64,000 nt of DNA, taken from assembly GCA_963826785.1 (NCBI GenBank), contig CAWGYD010000006.1, positions 832,001 through 896,000 of the forward strand, given 5' to 3'. The stretch is from an uncultured delta proteobacterium (lineage in GTDB: Bacteria > Desulfobacterota > Desulfobacteria > Desulfobacterales > Desulfosalsimonadaceae). How positions within the stretch are numbered: the first letter of the stretch is position 1; each line of letters begins with the position of its first letter. Shown here piece by piece: positions 42,519-53,487 of this stretch. Position numbers and translations under genes: made by a program. The notes below the pieces were generated by a model, which was not told the origin of the DNA, did not search any database, and saw nothing but the letters and a program-made list of their open reading frames with translations.

Positions 42519-43553
42519 TTAGCTCCCACTGGGGTGTACGGGTTTTTCCGGATGGGACCATTCGCACAGCAGGGTGCCGCTCCCGCAATTAACGGTTTCA
42601 AACTGCAGAATGGGATGGTCGATGCCGAAGAGATGAAGCAGTTGATGGCGGATCTTTTCCGCCAGAATTTCCGTTTGGCTCACCAACTGGTCCGGCACGG
42701 TCAGGTGGCAGGAAAACGCCACCCCGCAGCTCCCGGTGTTCCATGCGTGCATGTAGTGAACGGAATCGATCTCGGGCCGGCTTTCCAGGTAGGTCTGAAC
42801 GGCGGGAAGATCCAGTCCCCGGGGCGTGGCGTTCATGAGGATGGCCACCGCTTCGCTCATGACCGTCCAGCAGTTCTTCAAAATAAAGACGGCGATGATA
42901 AACGACAGAATGGGATCCAGAAAATACCAGGGTGCAAACACCAGCACCGCGCCATTGATCAGGACCACCAGCGAGACCAGAAAATCCCCCATCATATGCA
43001 GAAACGCCCCCCGGATATTGAGGTTGTGTTTCGCGTCCCGATGGAGCAGCCAGGCGGAGAACCCGTTTCCGACGATGCCGACCCCGGCAAGGAGCATGAC
43101 GATCTTGCCCGAGACCGGCTCGGGGTGAAAGAGCCGCAGCAGGGCTTCATAGAGGATAAAGGCCACCGCGCAGGTCAGGATCATCACATTGAGCAGCGCA
43201 CCGATCAGTTCGGCCCGCTGATAGCCGAAGGTATGCTGAACGGAGGCCCCTTTCCGCCCGATGCGCAGCGACACCCAGGATACGATGATGGCGGCAAAAT
43301 CGCTGAAGTTGTGAACGGCATCCGATACCAGGGCCACACTGTTGGCCATGATTCCGCCGGCCACCTGGAGCACCGGGATAATGAAATTGATGGCCATGGT
43401 GATCAGCAGCCGGTTTCCATTCACCTCTGCGTGCCGGTGAGAATGGGCGGCATGAAAATGGCTTCGGGCCTCTGGTTCCGGATGCGGATGCTGGCAGCCG
43501 CAAGGAATACGTTCTTCCATTGAATGATCCGTCATTTTCTGCTTGGTTCTCAT
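42519..43553 (-). CDS. Cation diffusion facilitator (CzcD/ZitB-like) transporter
   Basis: SVALVSDAVHNFSD, TFGYQRAE, NIRGAFLHMMGD; His-rich N-terminus; ATGA overlap with the rhodanese gene. Confidence 0.92.
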   Translation of the reverse strand: MRTKQKMTDHSMEERIPCGCQHPHPEPEARSHFHAAHSHRHAEVNGNRLLITMAINFIIPVLQVAGGIMANSVALVSDAVHNFSDFAAIIVSWVSLRIGRKGASVQHTFGYQRAELIGALLNVMILTCAVAFILYEALLRLFHPEPVSGKIVMLLAGVGIVGNGFSAWLLHRDAKHNLNIRGAFLHMMGDFLVSLVVLINGAVLVFAPWYFLDPILSFIIAVFILKNCWTVMSEAVAILMNATPRGLDLPAVQTYLESRPEIDSVHYMHAWNTGSCGVAFSCHLTVPDQLVSQTEILAEKIRHQLLHLFGIDHPILQFETVNCGSGTLLCEWSHPEKPVHPSGS

Positions 43554-44029
43554 GCGCCCGGAAGCTCCACCGGCAGGTTGAATTTCTTCCACGTGGACCA
43601 GCCGTTGTTGATGGGACGGACATTTTCAAAGCCAAGATCCCTTAGAAAAAGGGCCAGCTTATCGCACAGGTCGCAGGTGGCGCCGTCGCAGTAGGTGATG
43701 ACGGTCTTTTCTTCGGGGATCTGCTGGGCCACTTCAATGAAATCTTCTTCCGCGCGGTTCCATGGAAGGTTTAACGCGCCTTTGATGTGCCCCTTGCGGT
43801 ACTGGTCCGCCGGACGCGCATCCAGAAAGATGGCCTGTCCCCGGTTAAAAAGGGTTTTGGCCTCATAGATGGAAATGGGGGACAGGCCGTTTTCGGATGC
43901 GTGCTCGTTGGCCATGGTATTGCCCCAGTTGCAAAACAGGGGCAGGGGATGGCTGCGGACCTGGTTGAAGCAGAGGCCCAGGACCAGGGCCAGGGACAAT
44001 ATGAAGAACATCTGCGAAACAATTTTCAT
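43550..44029 (-). CDS. Membrane-anchored rhodanese-like domain protein
   Basis: LDARP..Y..GHIKGALNLP, YCDGATC, GWSTW; N-terminal TM segment. Confidence 0.88.
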   Translation of the reverse strand: MKIVSQMFFILSLALVLGLCFNQVRSHPLPLFCNWGNTMANEHASENGLSPISIYEAKTLFNRGQAIFLDARPADQYRKGHIKGALNLPWNRAEEDFIEVAQQIPEEKTVITYCDGATCDLCDKLALFLRDLGFENVRPINNGWSTWKKFNLPVELPGA

Positions 44030-44213
44030 GAATTCAAACCGCAGGATGATGCGTGAAGTACAAAACGGTGAAAGAACAGGTTTTACAGTTGAGGTGATAT
44101 AACCATCAACCCGGGGGCGCTGTCAAGTCCCGCAAGTTGTATTCGGCATCTTTTTTGTGTATGGTATCCGGAATGGATTTTAAATTCGGGGATGGAAGAA
44201 AACAGGAGAAAAC

Positions 44214-45308
44214 ATGACCATGGATTGCCGGCATATGCGACCCATCTGGCTGGATGCGCAAACGGATGCGGTAAAAATCATCGACCAGCGGCGGCTGCCC
44301 CATGAATTTGTCACCATGACCCTTGAAACCATAGACGATGTGATCGTCGCCATCAGGGAAATGTGCGTGCGGGGCGCACCCCTGATCGGGGTGACCGGCG
44401 CCTACGGCATGTTCATCGCCGCCCGGACGCAGGGAAATGCTGCAGCGCCCGCGTTTCTGGCCGAAGCGGCCGACAGGCTCAAGGCCGCCCGTCCCACCGC
44501 GGTGAACCTTGCATGGGCGGTGGACCGGGTCTGTTCTGTACTTTCGGGGGAGAAGGGCCCGTCCGGCCGCATCGATGCCGCGCGCCGCACCGCCGCTGAT
44601 ATCGCGGAAGAAGAGGTGGAAAACTCGCGCAAAATCGGAGAATTCGGCCTGGAACTGATCCGGGAAATTGCCACCAAAAAAAACGGGCCGGTGCAGATCC
44701 TGACCCACTGCAATGCCGGGGCGCTGGCCTGCATCGAGTACGGAACGGCCACGGCCCCCATGTATGCGGCCCATGATGCCGGCCTGGACGTGCATGTGTG
44801 GGTGGATGAAACCCGACCCTTAAACCAGGGCTCCCGCCTGACCGCCTGGGAACTGCTCCAGCGGGGGGTGCCCCACACCGTGATCACGGACAATGCGGGG
44901 GGCCACCTGATGCAGCATGATCAAGTCGACCTGGTGATCGTGGGAACCGACCGGACCACCTGCACCGGAGATGTGGCCAACAAGATCGGGACCTACTTAA
45001 AAGCCCTGGCGGCGAAAGACAACCAAATCCCTTTTTACGTGGCGCTGCCGTCTTCCACTTTCGACTGGGAAATCAGAGACGGCCTGGCGGACATTCCCAT
45101 CGAACAGCGGGACGCAGACGAGGTCCGGTATATGCCTGGAAAACCCAAGACCCCCGATAACCTGCTGGTGCCGGAATCCAGCCCGGCGGCCAATTACGCC
45201 TTTGACGTGACCCCGGCCCGGCTGGTGACCGGTTTCATCACCGAACGGGGAATCTGCAGGGCCGCTGAAGACGATATCCGGCGGCTGTTTCCGGACAGGC
45301 TCCGGTAG
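44214..45308 (+). CDS. mtnA: S-methyl-5-thioribose-1-phosphate isomerase
   Basis: IIDQRRLP, VRGAPLIG, RPTAVNL, THCNAG, DETRP..QG, GDVANKIGTY, AFDVTP. Confidence 0.95.
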   Translation: MTMDCRHMRPIWLDAQTDAVKIIDQRRLPHEFVTMTLETIDDVIVAIREMCVRGAPLIGVTGAYGMFIAARTQGNAAAPAFLAEAADRLKAARPTAVNLAWAVDRVCSVLSGEKGPSGRIDAARRTAADIAEEEVENSRKIGEFGLELIREIATKKNGPVQILTHCNAGALACIEYGTATAPMYAAHDAGLDVHVWVDETRPLNQGSRLTAWELLQRGVPHTVITDNAGGHLMQHDQVDLVIVGTDRTTCTGDVANKIGTYLKALAAKDNQIPFYVALPSSTFDWEIRDGLADIPIEQRDADEVRYMPGKPKTPDNLLVPESSPAANYAFDVTPARLVTGFITERGICRAAEDDIRRLFPDRLR

Positions 45309-45367
45309 AACAGCCGCTGCCTTGAAATCACTTGACTTTTAAATGACGGGACAGGTAGAAACGCCCT

Positions 45368-45862
45368 ATGCTGACGGATCTGGAGAAAAAAATAATCGCA
45401 AACATTCAGGGGGACATGCCGGTGTGCCCGCGCCCCTACCTGGAAATCGCCCAAAAACTGGAAATTGACGAGGAAACGGTCCTTTCCGTGCTCGCCGATC
45501 TTCAGCAGCGGGGGATCATCCGCCGGTTTGGAGCCACCCTGAAGCATCAGAATTCGGGATTTGCCGTCAACGCCATGATCGCCTGGCGGGTGGATGAAGA
45601 CCGGGTGGAAGAAGTGGGCAGCACGATGGCCGGCTTTGACCGGATCACCCACTGCTATCGGCGAAACCCGTCCGGAGAGTGGCCTTATAACCTGTATACC
45701 ATGGTGCATGCCGCCGACCGGGAAGAGTTTCAGAAAATCGCCGAAGCCGTGGCGGAGAAGACCGGTGTATCCGATTATGCCATCCTGTTTTCGAAAAGAG
45801 AACTCAAGAAAACCTCCATGCAGTATTTCGATGATGATCCGGATTTTTCGGACCCGGATTGA
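45368..45862 (+). CDS. ahbB: Siroheme decarboxylase subunit (AhbB/NirDL-like, Lrp/AsnC fold)
   Basis: QGDMP...RPY, IRRFGATLKH, NAMIAW, THCYRR, WPYNLYTMVH, ELKKTSMQYF. Confidence 0.8.
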   Translation: MLTDLEKKIIANIQGDMPVCPRPYLEIAQKLEIDEETVLSVLADLQQRGIIRRFGATLKHQNSGFAVNAMIAWRVDEDRVEEVGSTMAGFDRITHCYRRNPSGEWPYNLYTMVHAADREEFQKIAEAVAEKTGVSDYAILFSKRELKKTSMQYFDDDPDFSDPD

Positions 45863-47212
45863 TCGGTTGCCCGAGGCGCCCCTTGCCCCACATCCTGTTT
45901 GTCAACCCCTGGATTTACGACTTTGCCGCCTATGATGTATGGGCCAAGCCGACAGGCTTGCTCACGCTGGCGGCCCTGGCCCGTCAGCACGGGGTCGAAG
46001 TCTCCTTTATCGACTGCCTGGACCGATTCCATCCCAATGCCCCGAAGGATGATCCCCATAAGCGCCATGGCCGCGGCCCCTATGTGAAGACCCCGGTGCC
46101 CAAGCCCGCCTCCCTTGCCGCTGTGCGCCGCACCTATTCCCGCTACGGCATCCCCCGCCAGTGGTTTCGTCAGGATCTGGCGGCCCTTCCCGCACCGGAC
46201 CTGGTCATGGTCACCGGCCTGATGACCTATTGGTATCCGGGGGTGGTGGACACCATTGGGCAGATCAAGAAGGTTTATCCGGACGTACCGGTGGTGCTGG
46301 GCGGCATCTATGCCAGCCTTTGCCGCGAACATGCGAAGATTCATTCCGGGGCGGACCGGGTCATTTCCGGTTCAGGCGAGAGCGGCCATGTTCGAGGTTC
46401 TTGCGGAAATGCTCGGTTTTAAATGCAGCCGGTCATTTGATCCGGATGATCTGAACACCTTCCCGTATCCGGCCTATGACCTCGCGCACGCCATCACCTG
46501 CGTGCCGCTGATGACCTCCCGGGGATGCCCCTTTTCCTGCGATTACTGCGCTTCCCGTCTCCTTGCGCCCAGGCGCATGGTCCGGTCCGCCGGCAATGTG
46601 GCCGAAGAGATCCGGTTCTGGCACCATCGATACGGTGTGTCTAATTTCGTGTTTTATGACGATGCCCTGCTGATGGATGCCGAAAACCACATCATTCCCC
46701 TGCTGGAAGAAGTGATCGCCTCCGGCATGAAGGTCTCCTTTCACACCCCCAACGCCGTTCATATCCGGCCCATCACCCGGAAACTGGCGCAGCTGATGTT
46801 TAACGCCGGGTTTGAAACACTTCGCCTGGGGCTGGAGAGTTCGGATTTTGAAGGCCGGGAAATGGATTGCAAGGTCAAACAGGAGGAATTTTTCCGGGCG
46901 GCATCCCACCTGAAGGAAGCCGGTTTTCGGAAAAATCAGGTGGGGGCATATCTGCTGGCCGGGTTGCCGGGGCAGGATCTTTCCGCGCTGGAGGCGTCCA
47001 TCCGGGCGGTCCATGCCGCCGGCCTCACCCCCGTTCCGGCCTGGTATACACCCATCCCGGGGACCCCCATGTGGGAGAAAGCCGTGGCCGCCTCCCGCTA
47101 CGACATCGCAGCCGACCCCGTGCTCACCAACAACGCAATCATGCCCTGCCAGGCCGAGGATTTCGACTGGGGGGTGCTGTCTAAAATCAAGGATCTGGTG
47201 AAGGGCGGTTGA
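45859..47212 (+). CDS. B12-binding-domain radical SAM protein, +1 frameshift near 46384
   Basis: NPWIYDFAAYD.W.KP.GLL, MTYWYPG, LGGIYA, TSRGCPFSCDYC; about 450 aa when joined. Confidence 0.85.
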
Positions 47213-47225
47213 TCTGCGTCTTGAA

Positions 47226-47279
47226 ACCAAAAAGGGCACGAAGATGTATCTATGTCTTTACCTTCGTGCCCTTCCTGGT
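47226..47279. repeat. Intergenic inverted repeat between convergent genes (possible terminator or repeat-family member)
   Basis: accaaaaagggcacgaag ... cttcgtgcccttcctggt, 16/18 paired. Confidence 0.7.
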
Positions 47280-47333
47280 GGATTTTTGATTATCTGAAAG
47301 AAGTTCTTTTTTACACTTTGGAGAAGTTATTTT

Positions 47334-49361
47334 TTACTTCCGTTTCAGCAGCGTCAGGGCGGTCTCAGTGATGTTTTCGGCGGTGAAACCGAAGTTTTTC
47401 AGCACCGTTCCCCCCGGGGCGGAAGCGCCGAAGGTGGTGATGCCGATGACCTTTCCGGAATCGCCCACATATTTCTCCCATCCCATGGGCAGGGCCGCCT
47501 CGACGGCGATCCGGGCCTTGACGGCCGGCGGAAGGACGCTGTCCCGGTAGTCCTGCGTCTGTTTTTCAAACAGCTCCCATGAAGGCATGCTCACCACCCG
47601 CACCTTGATTCCCTTTTCCGTCAGCTGCTGTTTTGCGGCCAGGCTGATGTGGATTTCCGACCCGGTGGCAATCAGGATCAACCCGGGTGCGCCCTCGCAG
47701 TCCGAAAGCACATAAGCCCCTTTTTCCAGCAGGTCCGCGGCCGGATACGTTTTTCGGTCCAGTACGGGCAGGTTCTGACGGCTCAATGCCAGCACGATGG
47801 GGGCGTTATCCGTTTTCATGGCCAGGTGCCATGCGGCGGCGGTTTCCGTGGCATCGGCCGGCCGGATCACCGTCAGGCCCGGAATGCACCGCAGGGAGGC
47901 CAGGTGCTCCACCGGCTGGTGGGTGGGGCCGTCTTCCCCCACGGCGATGCTGTCATGGGTGAATACATAGATGACCGGCTGCTTCATCAGGGCGGCCAGG
48001 CGGATGGACGGCCGCATGTAGTCGGCGAAAATGAGAAAGGTCCCCCCATAGGGGCGAACGCCCTTGTGCAGGCAAAGCCCGTTTAAAATGGCGCCCATGG
48101 CATGTTCCCGGACCCCGAAGCGGATGTTGCGGCCGGTATAGCTGACTTTCTGGAAATCGGTGGATGCCTGGATATAGGTGTTGTTGGAAGGCGCCAGGTC
48201 GGCGGACCCGCCCATGAGGGACGGCACCCGGGTGGCAATGGCATTTAATGCGATGCCGGAAGCCTTGCGGGTGGCCATGGGGCCGTCCTTGGGATAAAAC
48301 TGCGGAATTGCCCCTTCCAGCGCATCCTTGAAGTCGCCGCGGATGGCCGCGGTCAGCTGTGTAAACAGGTCTGCATGGGCCTTTTCGTATGCGGCAACAC
48401 GATCCTTCCAGTCGGATTCCAGGCGGGCGCCGTTCTCTATGGCGCGGCGGCAGTGATTCAGCGCCGCATCGGGTACGCAGAAATCATCGGGGGCGCATCC
48501 CAGGCACTGCTTGGTCAGGCGGACCTCATCCACCCCCAGGGGAGCGCCGTGGGCATCGGCCGATCCCTGCTTGTTGGGGCTGCCATAGGCGATCTGTGTC
48601 TTTAAGATAATCAGGGAGGGTCTTTCCGTCTCTTTCTGCGCCGCTTCTATGGCCTCTCCGATGGCGTTCGCGTCGTTTCCGTCGGAAACGGTCAGCACCT
48701 GCCAGTTGTACGCCTGGAACCGCAGCGCCACATTTTCGGTGAAGGCGATGCCGGTGCTCCCCTCGATGGAGATGCCGTTGTCGTCATAGAGGCAGATCAG
48801 TCCGGAAAGCCCGAGATGCCCGGCCAGAGAAGCGGCCTCCCCGGAAATCCCTTCCATCATGTCGCCGTCGCCGCACATCACATAGGTGAAATGATCGATA
48901 ATATCGTGGTCCGGCCGGTTGTACAGGGATGCCAGGTGGCGTTCGGCCATGGCCATGCCCACGGCCGTGGCAAATCCCTGGCCCAGCGGGCCGGTGGTGG
49001 TCTCCACCCCCGGGGTGTGGCCGTATTCGGGATGGCCCGGGGTCTTGCTCCCCCATTGCCGGAAATTCTGCAGGTCGTCCAGGGAAAGGCCGTACCCGGT
49101 GAGATAGAGCAGGCTGTAAAGGAGCATGGAAGCATGCCCGCCCGACAGCACGAACCGGTCCCGGTTCATCCAGCCCGGATTTTTCGGGTTGTGCCGCAGG
49201 TATTTCGTCCACAGCACATAGGCGGCCGGCGCCAGCCCCATGGGGGCCCCGGGGTGGCCGGAATTGGCCTTTTGAATCGCATCCATGGAAAGGGTGCGGA
49301 TGGTGTTGATGCATAGCCTGTCCAGATCTGCCCCGGTGCCGGCCGCACATTCAGTGTTCAT
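47334..49361 (-). CDS. tkt: Transketolase
   Basis: [50 protein letters not shown]. Confidence 0.97.
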   Translation of the reverse strand: MNTECAAGTGADLDRLCINTIRTLSMDAIQKANSGHPGAPMGLAPAAYVLWTKYLRHNPKNPGWMNRDRFVLSGGHASMLLYSLLYLTGYGLSLDDLQNFRQWGSKTPGHPEYGHTPGVETTTGPLGQGFATAVGMAMAERHLASLYNRPDHDIIDHFTYVMCGDGDMMEGISGEAASLAGHLGLSGLICLYDDNGISIEGSTGIAFTENVALRFQAYNWQVLTVSDGNDANAIGEAIEAAQKETERPSLIILKTQIAYGSPNKQGSADAHGAPLGVDEVRLTKQCLGCAPDDFCVPDAALNHCRRAIENGARLESDWKDRVAAYEKAHADLFTQLTAAIRGDFKDALEGAIPQFYPKDGPMATRKASGIALNAIATRVPSLMGGSADLAPSNNTYIQASTDFQKVSYTGRNIRFGVREHAMGAILNGLCLHKGVRPYGGTFLIFADYMRPSIRLAALMKQPVIYVFTHDSIAVGEDGPTHQPVEHLASLRCIPGLTVIRPADATETAAAWHLAMKTDNAPIVLALSRQNLPVLDRKTYPAADLLEKGAYVLSDCEGAPGLILIATGSEIHISLAAKQQLTEKGIKVRVVSMPSWELFEKQTQDYRDSVLPPAVKARIAVEAALPMGWEKYVGDSGKVIGITTFGASAPGGTVLKNFGFTAENITETALTLLKRK

Positions 49362-49387
49362 GATGTCTGCTCCTTTTGATTAAAATT

Positions 49388-50257
49388 CTATAGGGCTCTT
49401 AGAAACTCCGGCTTGAGGCTGACCTTTCCGGCCAGTGCATCGTCGATCAGTTTCAAGGTTTTTTGTTTGTCCTCGGGCAGCCGGGCCCGGATGGGAAGAT
49501 AGTTGGAGGCGTGGTTGGCGTGAAAAAGGCCGCCCGAAAGATCGGTATGGGCGATCATGGTTCGCAGTTCGGACAGCATTTCCTGGGCGGAAAGCAGGGG
49601 GAAGGTGCCCGCGGCATATTCGTCGTGAAGTTCGGTGCCCGGGATCAGCATGAGGCTCAACGCCCCCACGTATTCCGGATCGATGGCCGACAGCACCTTT
49701 CCCGTTTCTTCGGCATGGGTGCGGGAGCGCTCCCTGCCGGCAATTCCCAGCAGTACCGTGACGGAAAGTGCGATGCCCGCTTTGCGGATTTTCTGGCCCA
49801 TGTCGATCATGGCCTGGGCGGCAGCCCCTTTGCGGATGTGCGTCAATGTCTCGTCATCGCCGCTCTCCAGTCCCAGGTAGGCGATCTTGATCCCGTGGCG
49901 CCGCAGTTCGGAAAGTTCCGCCTCCGTCTTCATCTTGATGCTCTTGGTATTGGCATATACGCCCACCCGGCGGACCCAGGGGAGCTGCTTTTCAATTTCC
50001 TGCAAAATGGTGAGCAGCCGCTTCTGGGGAATGATCAGGGCGTCGCCGTCGCAGATGAACAGCCGGTCCTGCCTCCGGCAGTGGGCGGCGGCAAAGGCGA
50101 TGTCCTCCATGATGATGTCATCGGACTTGATCTTGAAGCGCTCCCCCTTGTAGGTGCCGCAGAAGGTGCACTTGTTGTGGGAGCAGCCCACGGTGGCCTG
50201 AAGCAGAATGCTGTCCGCTTCACTGGGCGGCCTGATGATAAACCCTTCGTAATGCAT
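49388..50257 (-). CDS. Radical SAM protein
   Basis: IRPPSEA, GCSHNKCTFC (CxxxCxxC), GLESGD, HASNYL. Confidence 0.9.
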   Translation of the reverse strand: MHYEGFIIRPPSEADSILLQATVGCSHNKCTFCGTYKGERFKIKSDDIIMEDIAFAAAHCRRQDRLFICDGDALIIPQKRLLTILQEIEKQLPWVRRVGVYANTKSIKMKTEAELSELRRHGIKIAYLGLESGDDETLTHIRKGAAAQAMIDMGQKIRKAGIALSVTVLLGIAGRERSRTHAEETGKVLSAIDPEYVGALSLMLIPGTELHDEYAAGTFPLLSAQEMLSELRTMIAHTDLSGGLFHANHASNYLPIRARLPEDKQKTLKLIDDALAGKVSLKPEFLRAL

Positions 50258-50588
50258 ATTTAACTCCGTTTGGGCGGATCAACCGCTTGAAATGGAAGGC
50301 GATTAAATTAGATTAACTATTTATAAACATTAAAAAATATAATTATCATACCATTTGATTCAAGTCTTTTTAGCCTGAAATGGAATCGAATTTCAACCCT
50401 TTATTGAGATCCGCGCCTGATGCGGGTGAAAAGCGGATGCGTTTCCGCCTGCCTTCAAATGATACATCACATATCGTTCGCAAATACGCACATGACCGTA
50501 TTTACATCATTTAAAATTATGGCCATTATGTCATGGTGATATCTAATGGAACTCGAAGGCGCAAACACGGGTCGATGGGGCAAAGGTG

Positions 50589-51812
50589 ATGAACCCGCTG
50601 TCAAAAGCATATAACAGCCTCGGCGTAAACCGGACTATCCTTGCGCTGTCTTTCGCGCGCATGGGAGACGGCATCGGCAACAGCATTCTGTTTGTGCTCA
50701 TTCCCCTTTACGTGGTTCAGATCCCCGAAGAATTCATCCACCTGCCCAAAGAACTGCTCATCGGCGTGCTCATCTCCGTGTACGGTTTTGCCAATGCCCT
50801 GCTGCAGCCCTTCATGGCTGCATTGAGCGACCGGATCGGCCATTACAAACGGATTATCCAGGCCGGACTGCTGGTGATTTCCCTTGCCACCCTGGGTTTT
50901 ATTCTGGCAAACCGCTATGTGGACATTCTGGGCCTGCGCATCGCCCAGGGGCTGGGGCTGGCCATGGAGATCCCGCCCACCCTGGCGCTTTTGGGATTGA
51001 TGACCCGGAAGGAGACCCGGGGCAGCGCCATGGGCTTTTTCACCACCATGCGCATGATGGGGCTGGCCATCGGACCGCTGGTGGGCGGATTTCTTCATGA
51101 CCGCCTGGGGTTTAACGCCGCATTTATCTTCGGCGCGGGGGTGCTCCTGCTGTCTTTGATCGCAGTCGAGTTCGGCGTGGAAAATGTCAAGGCGCCAGAG
51201 GATGCCCGCTGCACACCGGTGGTGGATCTTTCCGTTTTAAACCGGGGCATCCTGAGCGTTGCCATCGCCACCTTCCTGGTGGCCACCGCGTTTACCCTGG
51301 TGACCACACTGGAAAACGAGATCAACAGCCGGCTGGGCATCAGGGCTTTCGGGTTCGGCATCGCCTTCAGTGCGCTGATGGTAAGCCGTCTGCTGTTTCA
51401 GGTTCCCATCGGCCGCCTGTCGGACCGGTTAGGCCGCAAGCCGTTTGTCCTGGGGGGATTGCTGCTGCTGGCGCCGGTGACCGCATTATTGGGGGAGATG
51501 ACCGCCCTGTGGCAGTTTGTGGCGATTCGGCTGGTGCAGGGTCTGGCCGCGGGCGCCATTGTGGCCCCCGCATTGGCCTTTGCCGGAGACATGGCCGAGC
51601 AGGGAAATCAAAAGGCCCGGAGCCGCCAGATGAGCATCGTCACCATGGGGTTCGGGTTCGGCATCGCCTTCGGACCGCTCATGGCCGGCTTTCTGGCCAT
51701 ATTCTTCTTCGAACTGCCGTTCTGGGTGGACGGGGCGCTCTGCCTGGCCGGCAGCGTTCTCGTATACCGGTATATGACCGAAACCGTCGAAAAATCTGGC
51801 AGGCGAACCTGA
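50589..51812 (+). CDS. MFS transporter
   Basis: About 12 TM; motif A copies ALSDRIG and GRLSDRLGRK. Confidence 0.9.
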   Translation: MNPLSKAYNSLGVNRTILALSFARMGDGIGNSILFVLIPLYVVQIPEEFIHLPKELLIGVLISVYGFANALLQPFMAALSDRIGHYKRIIQAGLLVISLATLGFILANRYVDILGLRIAQGLGLAMEIPPTLALLGLMTRKETRGSAMGFFTTMRMMGLAIGPLVGGFLHDRLGFNAAFIFGAGVLLLSLIAVEFGVENVKAPEDARCTPVVDLSVLNRGILSVAIATFLVATAFTLVTTLENEINSRLGIRAFGFGIAFSALMVSRLLFQVPIGRLSDRLGRKPFVLGGLLLLAPVTALLGEMTALWQFVAIRLVQGLAAGAIVAPALAFAGDMAEQGNQKARSRQMSIVTMGFGFGIAFGPLMAGFLAIFFFELPFWVDGALCLAGSVLVYRYMTETVEKSGRRT

Positions 51813-51959
51813 CCGCCCGGTAAAAAAAATTGTTTTCGGTGCGGTGTCGCTTCGGTATAACGATTGTGCATCGCGTCGGCCATGCAATCTGTCGATACCG
51901 GAGCCGGCGGTTTTTGAATCAAGCCGCTGGACGCATTATCCCCTCAACCTAAAAAGGAG

Positions 51960-52673
51960 GTGCAAATCGTGCATTATATTCCCGTGCCGCTGTCAATTTT
52001 AACCGGATTGATCCTTTTTTTCGTATTTGTCATCTTTTTAATTGAAATCCGGATACTGGGGTATGCATATGAAAAAATCGGCATCGAACGGCATTATGCA
52101 TATCTTCTGCTGTTTCTTTCGCTTGTGGGCGGCTACATCAATATTCCGCTCTACCAGCTTCCCCCGGAAAAAGTGATGGCCGGCGGCACGGCTACCTGGT
52201 TTGGAATGAATTACATCATCCCCTATGTTAGCGAATGGCCGGGTGCGATCATCGCCGTAAACCTCGGGGGGGCGGTGATCCCCACGATGCTCTCCATCTA
52301 CCTGATCATCCGCAACCGGCTGTTTGTTTCCGGATTTATCGGCGTTTTGGTGATGACGGTGATTATTCACATGCTGGCCCATCCGGTCCGGGGGGTGGGC
52401 ATCGCCGTGCCCACCCTGCTTCCGCCCGTGGCCGCCACCCTGGTGGCGGTCCTGCTTTCTTTCCGGTATGCGCCGGCCCTGGCGTATATCTCCGGCACCC
52501 TGGGGACCCTCATCGGCGCCGACCTGCTCAATCTCGGCAGGATTCAGGGACTGGGCGCGCCCGTGGCTTCCATCGGCGGCGCGGGGACGTATGACGGGAT
52601 TTTTCTGACCGGCATACTGGCGGTGCTGCTGGCCAGCCTGTTTGTTCCGGGCAGGGTTCGAAAAAAGGCATGA
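51960..52673 (+). CDS. DUF1614-like membrane protein
   Basis: INIP, AVNLGGAVIP, GTLIGADLLNL, ASIGGAGTYDGIFL. Confidence 0.82.
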   Translation: MQIVHYIPVPLSILTGLILFFVFVIFLIEIRILGYAYEKIGIERHYAYLLLFLSLVGGYINIPLYQLPPEKVMAGGTATWFGMNYIIPYVSEWPGAIIAVNLGGAVIPTMLSIYLIIRNRLFVSGFIGVLVMTVIIHMLAHPVRGVGIAVPTLLPPVAATLVAVLLSFRYAPALAYISGTLGTLIGADLLNLGRIQGLGAPVASIGGAGTYDGIFLTGILAVLLASLFVPGRVRKKA

Positions 52674-52684
52674 GTGCCATTGTA

Positions 52685-53365
52685 TCAGGGCTTTACGGCG
52701 GACCCTTCGATCACCGAATCGGTAATCGAAGGGCCCATCTTTGAGGACCGGTAGCGCTCCAGCCGGTCAAACTCGAAACCCGCCGCCATGATGCCCGAAG
52801 CGGTATCCCGGGTCAGGTGGCATCCGCAGCCGACTCTCTTCCAGAGCGGGTTGATGGTCTTTTGCACCCATTTGACTCTGGGGTCGCTGGAAAGGACGTG
52901 CTCAAAAAAGAGAAGTCTCCCGCCGGGCTTGAGAACCCGGTAAATTTCGGACATCGCCATAGACGGGTCGCTTACGGAGCAGAGCACCAGGAAGCTGATG
53001 GCCGTGTCCATGCTTTCATCGGCGCAGGGCAGTCTTTCGGCCATGCCCTCGATGATCCGGAGCGGCCTTTCGCCCAAACCGTTTTTCGCGGCCCTTCTGC
53101 CGGCCTTCCGGATCATGACGGGAGAGGGTTCCACTGCAAGATATGAATCGATGGCATCCGGCAGAAAGGGTATGTTCTGTCCCGCCCCGGCCCCGATTTC
53201 AATGACATTTCCGGTGGCATTCGAGATCAGCCGCCGCCGGATGGCTTTGAGCCGGCTGGTGGCCAGAATCTCCAGATACGGAAACAGATAGCGGCCGTAA
53301 ATCCCATGCCCCGGCCGTTTCCGATGTTCCATGCCCGCGGGGTCCGATTCGTTGCTTCCGTTCAT
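52685..53365 (-). CDS. Class I SAM-dependent methyltransferase
   Basis: VIEIGAGAG, AERLP, VLCSV, RVLKPGG, FEHV, GCHLTR; start codon uncertain. Confidence 0.88.
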   Translation of the reverse strand: MNGSNESDPAGMEHRKRPGHGIYGRYLFPYLEILATSRLKAIRRRLISNATGNVIEIGAGAGQNIPFLPDAIDSYLAVEPSPVMIRKAGRRAAKNGLGERPLRIIEGMAERLPCADESMDTAISFLVLCSVSDPSMAMSEIYRVLKPGGRLLFFEHVLSSDPRVKWVQKTINPLWKRVGCGCHLTRDTASGIMAAGFEFDRLERYRSSKMGPSITDSVIEGSAVKP

Positions 53366-53487
53366 ACGCCCACCTGTTGTCAGAAGTCTGGTTCCCGAAT
53401 GAATATTCATCAATATAATTCCTTTTCCCCATTGATTCATCCGCCTGCAGACGATGATCCCTGAAGGCGCCGTTGATGTCCATGAAG

